From: an uncultured Pseudomonadota bacterium
Lineage (GTDB): Bacteria; Oederibacteriota; Muellerivitia; Muellerivitales; Muellerivitaceae
DNA: 64,000 nt
Assembly (NCBI GenBank): GCA_963770835.1
Contig: CAVYRH010000008.1
Coordinates: 96,001 to 160,000 of the forward strand
Reading direction: 5' to 3'
In this document: in pieces, positions 57,729 through 64,000 of the stretch
How positions within the stretch are numbered: the first letter of the stretch is position 1
How the letters are laid out: every line of letters starts with the position of its first letter
Made by a program: the position numbers and the translations under genes
Notes under the pieces: model-generated
The model's database searches: none
Seen by the model: only the letters and a program-made list of their open reading frames with translations
What the model was told of the DNA's origin: nothing

Positions 57729-57948
57729 CCACCCGAGGCCAGTAAGGGCGTTTCTAGTGCCGGTCCAGTGAGGAGCCCACAAGGCGAGTCACAAGGTTTG
57801 GTCCCATCCATTCCAATGGAATGGATGCAAGCTGAGGGTGAAGGTCCCCTGTACCGAGTCAACAAGACGAGGTACATGTTTTGGGTGTGCTGATGCCTAA
57901 GCAGGCATCAGCGGCACCGTGCAGATTCAAAAGGAATCTGTAGGCGGG
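57729..57948 (+). ncRNA. Structured RNA-like insert, possibly a group II intron domain I remnant
   Basis: Several hairpins (catccattcc-aat-ggaatggatg; gctgatgcct-aagc-aggcatcagc); absent from the homologous flank at 60723-60800. Confidence 0.35.
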
Positions 57949-58028
57949 GGGATTTGATCGGCCGGACAAAGAAAGGGGAAGAACTTTCTTTTTCGGAACT
58001 ATGCACTTGGCGTACTTTAAGTCAAAAA

Positions 58029-58120
58029 CCCTCGCCCCTTGGGGGAGAGGGTAGGGTGAGGGGTGACTTAGCCGTCAAATCCACCCTCATCCCGGCCTTC
58101 TCCCCTCAAGGGAGAAGGGG
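58029..58120. repeat. REP doublet (inverted pair)
   Basis: ccctcgcccctt-gggggagagggtagggtgagggg ... ccctcatcccggccttctcccc-tcaa-gggagaagggg. Confidence 0.7.
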
Positions 58121-58290
58121 AAAGCAACGGCAAATGGCCTCGCTTAAATGGGTGACGTCAAAGCCATAGTTCCGTTCTTTTTTTAGGCCTGGCCCCGTTT
58201 ACCGGCGGAGCCGGGCCAAGCCGCCTTGCCCGGCGGCTCTTTCGCCGTTGAATCCCTTGACTTCCTAATTGCATATGCAAGAATATATGC

Positions 58291-58590
58291 ATGTACGGCA
58301 TCGAATTTTCAACCGGTGTTGGGGAGGACATGAAGCCCATCCCGGCCCGGGACCAACGGATCCTGATGGACGCCATCGAGGAACAGCTGGCCCACCAGCC
58401 GGGCGTCCGGACGAAAAACAGGAAGGATCTTGTGAACCTGGTTCCCCCCTGGCGGTTTGTCCCCCCCGTTTGGGAGCTGAGGGTTGGGGATTACCGGGTT
58501 TTTTACGACCTTGATGAGGGGAAAAAGGTGGTTTATGTGCGGGCTATCCGGTTGAAGCCGCCCCACAAGCGAACGGAGGAAATTTTATGA
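58291..58590 (+). CDS. RelE/HigB-family toxin
   Basis: MYGIEFS, WELRVGDYRVFY, V.VRAI. Confidence 0.85.
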   Translation: MYGIEFSTGVGEDMKPIPARDQRILMDAIEEQLAHQPGVRTKNRKDLVNLVPPWRFVPPVWELRVGDYRVFYDLDEGKKVVYVRAIRLKPPHKRTEEIL

Positions 58591-58835
58591 AAACAGTCAA
58601 TGTCCGCGAACTCCAGAAAAATGTTAAGGGGTATTTGGCCGCCTCCCAGAAAGACCGGGTGGTTTTGACCCGGCACGGCAAGCCGACGGCGGTGCTTGTG
58701 GGCGTCGAGGGGGAGGACTGGGAAACGGTCGTCCTGGAAACGAACGCCAAGTTTTGGGACTTGATCCAAAAACGCCGCAAACAAAAGACCATTTCCCTGG
58801 CGGAAATGAAAGAACGTTTAAAACTGAAAAAGTAA
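58587..58835 (+). CDS. Phd/YefM antitoxin
   Basis: MKTVNVREL, VVLTRHGKPTAVL; ATGA overlap with the toxin. Confidence 0.85.
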   Translation: MKTVNVRELQKNVKGYLAASQKDRVVLTRHGKPTAVLVGVEGEDWETVVLETNAKFWDLIQKRRKQKTISLAEMKERLKLKK

Positions 58836-58865
58836 GCCGCGCAGGCCAAATCTTTAGCGGAAGGC

Positions 58866-58943
58866 GGCCAAGCCGGTTTGCGAGGGCGACCCGGACGGGA
58901 AGATGGGCAAGTACCTAAAGGAACATGGATTTTGTGATTAGAG
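58866..58943 (+). repeat. Second (about 78 bp) copy of the rhomboid 3' end
   Basis: Near-identical to 57628-57705 (AKPVCEGDPDGKMGKYLKEHGFCD*). Confidence 0.9.
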
Positions 58944-58979
58944 AAGGTCCTGGCCGGTTATGAAGGAACTTCAGGGCCG

Positions 58980-60326
58980 TTAAGGCCCAAATACCTGGAC
59001 CAGGCTATCGCCCGAATCCGCCACGAAATAATCCCCGGACGCGCTCGAGGCGATCCCTTCGGGATACAAGAAATAACCGTGGCCGCCGGTATTGCCGTAA
59101 GACCCCCATTGGCCGAGGAAATTGCCGCCGGACCCGAATTCCTGGATCACCCAATTGCCATAGTCCGACGTAAAGACGTTCCCCGACCCATCCACCGCGA
59201 CACCCCACGGGTCGTGGAACGTCCCATTGCCATTCCCCAGGCCGCCCCATTGGGTGATCAGGCTGCCGGAAGCGGAATACTCATAAACATAAAAATAATT
59301 CCGGTCGGTGACATAAACGTTGTAGGGGGAAACGGGGCTGACCGCGACCCCTTGTGGGAAAATCGACCCGCCCCAGCGCGTGACGGTCACCCCCGATGCG
59401 GTGAATTCGTCAATGTAATTGTTCTCGGCGACGTACAAATTGCCGTTGGGAGCCGCGCTGATCTCGTCAATGATGCTGAAGGTACCGGACCCATAACCCG
59501 TCCAGGTGGCGACCGGCACGCCCGCCGGGGTGTATTCGTAGACGGCTCCATTGTTGATATCGGTGACATAAACGTTGCCGTTCACCGGCCCGACGGCGAT
59601 CCCATAGGGGTCGGACAAGGAAGTCGCCCCATAGGTCGACCAGCCGGTGATCGAGGTCCCGCCCGAGGTGAAAACGGAAACTTGCCCGGGGCCCTCGCCG
59701 ACAACGTAAACGGTCGTCCCGCTCGAATCCACGGCGACTCCCTGGGCATGGGGGAAGGCCCATTGGGTCTTGAAAGGCGGAAGGGGGACGTAGGTGTTGG
59801 TGGGGGTGAAGGTGAAGGTCGGGGTGGGGCTGTTGCTCGGGGTGTTGGTGGCTGAACTCGTCGGGGTGAAAGAACCCGTCGGCGAATCCGTGACGGTGGG
59901 CGTGGAAGTCGGGGTAGCGGTGGCCGTACTCGTCGGCGTGGAAGTAAAGGTAAAGGTGTCGGTCACGAAGATGGTGACGGGTGTCCAAGTGGCGGAGGGG
60001 GTCCAGGTGGAGGTAAAAGTGCCCGTAACGGTGGGGGTGGCGGTGTTGACCGGGGTGGAAGTCGGCGATCCCGTCCGGGTCGCCGTAGAAGTGATGAGGA
60101 TCGTCACCGGGGTCCAGGTGGAAGTGGGGCTTAAGGTGATGGTGAAGGTCGCTGTGGCCGAACCCGTGGGCGTGAAAGTGGCCGTGGTGAGGATAGTCAC
60201 GGGCTGGTCGACCGTAACCGGCGCGGAAGGGCTGGATTTGCTGGTGCAAGCGACCGGGGAAAACCACAAAAACGAGAAGGCGATGAAACTAAACCCGGCG
60301 AAATAAATGATTCGGCGCATGATCAC
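58980..60326 (-). CDS. Lipoprotein with a Thr/Pro linker and NHL-repeat beta-propeller
   Basis: PVAC lipobox-like; P.GVAVD..GNVYV.D repeats. Confidence 0.82.
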   Translation of the reverse strand: MIMRRIIYFAGFSFIAFSFLWFSPVACTSKSSPSAPVTVDQPVTILTTATFTPTGSATATFTITLSPTSTWTPVTILITSTATRTGSPTSTPVNTATPTVTGTFTSTWTPSATWTPVTIFVTDTFTFTSTPTSTATATPTSTPTVTDSPTGSFTPTSSATNTPSNSPTPTFTFTPTNTYVPLPPFKTQWAFPHAQGVAVDSSGTTVYVVGEGPGQVSVFTSGGTSITGWSTYGATSLSDPYGIAVGPVNGNVYVTDINNGAVYEYTPAGVPVATWTGYGSGTFSIIDEISAAPNGNLYVAENNYIDEFTASGVTVTRWGGSIFPQGVAVSPVSPYNVYVTDRNYFYVYEYSASGSLITQWGGLGNGNGTFHDPWGVAVDGSGNVFTSDYGNWVIQEFGSGGNFLGQWGSYGNTGGHGYFLYPEGIASSASGDYFVADSGDSLVQVFGP

Positions 60327-60422
60327 TTCCGGCGAAAGGCGGCTTTCGAAAAGCGCCTTAAGCTTACCACCCCCACCTGGTGGAGGGTGGAATTTTTCGG
60401 GGCCAAAAGCCCCTTAATTGGG

Positions 60423-60725
60423 CCCGGGGCCCTTTACTTCCGCGCGGAAGCCTTCATGGACGCCCGCCAGTTCCCGAACGCCGAGAAAGAATTGCGGCTG
60501 GCCCTGGATGAAAAGGAAATCCTCAACAATTATTTGGATAAAAGGATGGAATTCAGCATCCGGGGGGTCCTAGCCGGGCTGCTGGCGGACCAGAAGCGCT
60601 GGCCGGCCTGCCTGCCGAAGCCTTGGCGAAGGCAGGAGGCCAAGGAAGTGGCCAAGCCGGTTTGTGAGGGCGACCCGGACGGGAAGATGGGCAAGTATCT
60701 AAAGGAACATGGATTTTGCGATTAG
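60423..60725 (+). pseudogene. Third (about 300 bp) copy of the rhomboid 3' end with a 30-nt palindromic insertion
   Basis: Near-identical to 57432-57703; insert 60606-60635 encodes ACLPKPWRRQ. Confidence 0.9.
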
Positions 60726-60842
60726 AGTCCTGAGTTGGATTCAAGGTTTGGATGGGTTGATCGACCGGGCAAAGAAAGGGGGGAGAAATTTCTTTTTTCA
60801 GGCCCGACTCCGTTTACGTGAAACCTCGCTACTGTCGTACCC

Positions 60843-62096
60843 CTATATTCTTAAATTTTTATTTACATTTAGCTCTAGTTCTTTTGCAGCAAGCTCTCTC
60901 TGCAACTGCTCATTGGCCCGCCTCTGCTCCTCTTGTTTTTCCATCTTCATATTGTATGCATAGCGAGCAGTCGCTGTTGGCAACCACTGTTTAAAATATT
61001 CGATAACCCTCTGCACATTATTCGCGTCGACCCCGATTCTTGCATTGTCGTGAACGATACTAAATGTTTGTGGTTCATAACCCATGGCATTTGAATAACT
61101 CCCCATATTCTGAAGAGCAAATACCCATTTATTATTCACTGGCTGACTCAATTCTAATAATAATTGACCATCACGCCATTGAGCATCTATTAAGCGAACA
61201 GGATCGGTTATCAATGGATCCTCTTCTTGATTTACAGGAACAACCTTTTTAGCATTTAACTCGCTTATTTTTTGCCGTGTAACAAATTCATTTTTATGTG
61301 CAATAAGTTTGTTTTTTACTACCTCAATAGTCTGTGGCCTTTCATCCCGATTTTGCCTGATCATTTCCGCAATTATTTGGTCCAGATACCCATATTGGTT
61401 AGCTAAACTTGCAACAGTTTTATATTCAGTCCCCTGGGCTATTTCGCCAGTAAACATTTCATTTAAAATTAGTCCCAAAGCATAAATATCTGTCGCCTCA
61501 TTTGCGCTTTGACCCCTCTTTTTTTGTTCTGGCGCTGCATATTCGAAGTTCGCCATACGTGCGCCGGAACGTGTTTCAACGAATGTGTAATGTTCATCTT
61601 CAAGAAACCGGGCTATACCGAAATCGGCAACCACAAGTGTATCGCTTGGCGAATCGAACAAAATGTTCTCGGGTTTTAAATCTCGGTGGATCGCCTTTCT
61701 CAAATGAGCTGCCTCTACTCCGTCCAATATTTGGCTAAAGTAATGTAATACCTTTTCTGGGCTTATTTTCCTTTCCATAAGATCGCGCGCCGACCCCGAA
61801 TAAAGCGGCATAACATAAAAAAGGCTTTTTTCTTTTCCCTGATGAACCCCGCGATCAATTATCGTCAATATGTTCTTATGTTCGTTTTGTTCGCAAAAAG
61901 CCATTTCGCGCTTGAATCTTTTCACTTTTTCCCAAGTTGCTTTGTCCGGTGATAAAAGCTTAATTGCAATTGGTTTGCCTTCGTCATCTGTTCCACCATA
62001 TACACGTCCAGCTCCACCTTCACCGATAATTCTGTCGACCGTATAAATTCCGTAGGTAGTTTCAAATGAGATTGATTTTTTTAAATTCACCGTCAT
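60843..62096 (-). CDS. Hanks-type Ser/Thr protein kinase (AT-rich)
   Basis: IGEGGAGRVY, AIK, HRDLKPEN, DFG, YAAPE, DIYALG; no TM segment. Confidence 0.92.
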   Translation of the reverse strand: MTVNLKKSISFETTYGIYTVDRIIGEGGAGRVYGGTDDEGKPIAIKLLSPDKATWEKVKRFKREMAFCEQNEHKNILTIIDRGVHQGKEKSLFYVMPLYSGSARDLMERKISPEKVLHYFSQILDGVEAAHLRKAIHRDLKPENILFDSPSDTLVVADFGIARFLEDEHYTFVETRSGARMANFEYAAPEQKKRGQSANEATDIYALGLILNEMFTGEIAQGTEYKTVASLANQYGYLDQIIAEMIRQNRDERPQTIEVVKNKLIAHKNEFVTRQKISELNAKKVVPVNQEEDPLITDPVRLIDAQWRDGQLLLELSQPVNNKWVFALQNMGSYSNAMGYEPQTFSIVHDNARIGVDANNVQRVIEYFKQWLPTATARYAYNMKMEKQEEQRRANEQLQRELAAKELELNVNKNLRI

Positions 62097-62114
62097 AAAT
62101 CATACCCTCCGATT

Positions 62115-62858
62115 TTAACTTGCAACTTTTTTCAAACACCATTCGCAATCGCACTCCACCTCGTGGAACACTACCGTAAAAAAAATCGACCCCCAAAACC
62201 GCATAATAATTACATGTTCTTTTGGCGTGTCGGGCCGATAACCATATTTGTAAACAAAGATATCCTCATGAACACCAGCCGCCGTTATTTCTTAGAGATG
62301 TCCTTTTAAATGTTCAGGCAACGGAACACCCGGTGGATAAACATTCGTTACAAACTGGTGATTGGAGGGTAGTGTTTTTTTGAAATTAAGATAATAAATT
62401 CCACGAGCTATTTTCAAAACGACTCGGTCGATTCTCGGCCCATCGATTGGGTAGAACATTTTTCTTTGGGGAAGAATAATGCCGGTAACAGTTCTCCTTA
62501 AAAAATATTGGGTTTTATTCATAATTTTTGAAAACCACCTAGTCTTGTCAGGATATTTCAACATTTGATTTCTAAGGTCTCGGAACAAAGCCAAGCCTCC
62601 CGGACTCCGATTTATCACCAAAGGAGCAAGGATCATTGCGAAATATTGTTCGTCAAGTTTGTATTGTCCATTACACCCTTGGTGAGCTGGCGCTTTAGGC
62701 AATCTTCTTTTTAACTTTCCGTTTTTTCTGTATTCCTTTGGATAAAAAACCTTAGCTGGAACATGGTCGTCACTCTGTCTGTCAGCCTCGTTAGTGCTTT
62801 TGGGATCTATTGTTTGACCGCAAAGATAACAAATTTGGTTTTCTTGAGGTGCTTCCAT
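62115..62858 (-). pseudogene. HNH-like nuclease with an in-frame TAA at 62292-62294
   Basis: CYLCG, DDHVP, PAHQGCN; the frame continues 58 codons past the TAA to a stop at 62115-62117. Confidence 0.6.
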
Positions 62859-62890
62859 AGTCGCACTTTCATTTAAATTACTCCGGACAT

Positions 62891-62917
62891 AAAAAAACCC
62901 GGGATTTCTCCCAGGTT
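62891..62917 (-). terminator. Intrinsic terminator directly upstream of the HNH-like gene
   Basis: Minus strand aacctggga-gaaa-tcccggg-TTTTTTT. Confidence 0.75.
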
Positions 62918-62994
62918 GCGTTTGAGTCGTAGGTGTTGTTTTAGTAGTGGGCCACGCGCTCGTGAGGAGAAAGCTTTTAGTAGTCCTGCCAGTA

Positions 62995-63051
62995 ATTATA
63001 GTTGGCTTCACTTTAAGATCAACCAAAAAAGTATACACCGGTATACTTTTT
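62995..63051 (-). promoter_or_regulatory. Sigma70 promoter with an adjacent palindromic operator
   Basis: TTGATC-N16-TATAAT; AAAAAGTATAC-N4-GTATACTTTTT at 63026-63051. Confidence 0.6.
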
Positions 63052-63144
63052 AACATGCCCAAAACAAGCTCTTTTAAAACCAAATATCTTTTTGGCTGCT
63101 TCCCCGGTGGCGGCAGCAACCGTAACCGGCGGAGACATCCCCCT

Positions 63145-64000
63145 CTATCCCTTGCGGTAGGGATATCCCTTCATCTTGTTCTTGAACTCGGTGATGGGCG
63201 GCGTGTTGTTTTCGGTCGAAATATCCCTGAATTCCTCCAGCTTTTGCCTCTGCTCATGGCTCAAGTTCGTCGGCACTTCCACCATGGCCTTCACGAACAA
63301 ATGGCCCTGGCCCGGCCCCTTGGGGTTCTTGATGCCCTTATCCTTCAGGCGAAAGACGAGGCCGGTTTGGGTGCCGGAGGGGATCTTCATCTTGACCGGG
63401 CCTTCCAAGGTGGGCACCTCGATCTCGGCGCCCAGGGCGGCCTCGGCCAGGGTGACGGGGACCTCGCAATGAAGGTCCAGCCCCTCCCTTTTAAAGAAAA
63501 CGTCCGGCTTGACGCGCAGGTAGACGAAAAGGTCCCCGGCGGGGCCGCCGTTGGGGCCCCCTTCCCCCTCGCCGCGGAACCGCAGTCGGGCGCCATCCTC
63601 GGCCCCGGCGGGAACCTTCACGGAAAGGGTTCGTTCTTTTTCCAGGCGACCGTTGCCGTGGCAGTTGGGGCAGGGGGAGCCGGGGATGCGCCCCTGGCCG
63701 TGGCAGCGGCTGCAGGCGCGGGCGAAGCTGAAAAAGCCCTGGGATTCGTGGATCTGGCCCGACCCGTGGCAAACGGGGCAGACCACCTGGCCCGAACCGG
63801 CCACCGCCCCGGTGCCATGGCAAACATCACAGGCCGAGAGTTTCCGGAACCGGATTTCATGGGCCGTCCCGAAGGCCGCGTCCTGGAAAGTGACGTCCAA
63901 ATCGAAACGCAGGTCGTTGCCCGTTTCGGCCTGGCCGCCGGAGCGGGCGCCGCCGCCGAACATGTCGCCGAAGATATCCCCCAGGTCGGGCGCTTCCTGC
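63145..64000 (-). CDS. dnaJ: Chaperone DnaJ, C-terminal part (J domain outside the window)
   Basis: DIFGDMFGG, four CxxCxGxG repeats, GDLFV, AALGAEIEVPTLEG, IPSGTQ. Confidence 0.93.
   Translation of the reverse strand, partial: QEAPDLGDIFGDMFGGGARSGGQAETGNDLRFDLDVTFQDAAFGTAHEIRFRKLSACDVCHGTGAVAGSGQVVCPVCHGSGQIHESQGFFSFARACSRCHGQGRIPGSPCPNCHGNGRLEKERTLSVKVPAGAEDGARLRFRGEGEGGPNGGPAGDLFVYLRVKPDVFFKREGLDLHCEVPVTLAEAALGAEIEVPTLEGPVKMKIPSGTQTGLVFRLKDKGIKNPKGPGQGHLFVKAMVEVPTNLSHEQRQKLEEFRDISTENNTPPITEFKNKMKGYPYRKG

Noticed and set aside
60843..60854. The Ser/Thr kinase also ends in LRI*
   Set aside because: A 417-aa soluble enzyme in a foreign island with no TM and no co-oriented gene within 500 nt; treated as coincidence, though it shows the tripeptide can arise by chance.
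62859..63119. 87-aa N-terminal extension of the HNH ORF, or an amino-acid attenuator peptide
   Set aside because: The region contains a promoter, operator and terminator; I found no start codon with RBS for a leader between the -10 and the terminator.

Overview
GC-rich (about 60% by eye) bacterial chromosome segment from a diderm organism. It encodes OM beta-barrels, TolC, lipoproteins and many Thr/Pro-linker secreted proteins, some with a FlgD-Ig/T9SS-CTD-like tail; this style recalls candidate phyla such as FCPU426, which is inference only. Layout: (1) 0.6-18.3 kb is an unusual regulatory/envelope cluster; (2) 18.4-26.8 kb is a phosphate/polyphosphate cluster (PAP2, frameshifted ppx, tandem Tmk-like kinases, phoBR, PHP) with Pho-box-like 11-bp repeats; (3) 27-56 kb holds housekeeping, carbohydrate, ABC and secreted-protein genes plus a MazEF-type TA; (4) 56-63 kb is an accretion hotspot where the 3' end of a rhomboid gene occurs three times, flanking a TA pair, a structured RNA-like insert, an NHL lipoprotein and an AT-rich HNH/Ser-Thr kinase island with an sRNA-like leader; (5) a partial dnaJ. 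The main discovery is a family of six 111-123 aa ORFs with an N-terminal hydrophobic segment and an invariant C-terminal L-R-I-stop written with different synonymous codons. Each lies 100-263 nt upstream of a co-oriented gene, so they are candidate nascent-chain arrest/leader peptides. Four lie in or beside a duplicated module [secreted Gly-rich/Trp-Tyr-Cys protein -> LRI peptide -> HPr-like protein], together with three HPr paralogs that differ at His15/Ser46, a stand-alone zf-HC2 anti-sigma finger, ECF-like promoters and a Cys-less peroxiredoxin. All calls come from reading motifs by eye; no database searches were run.
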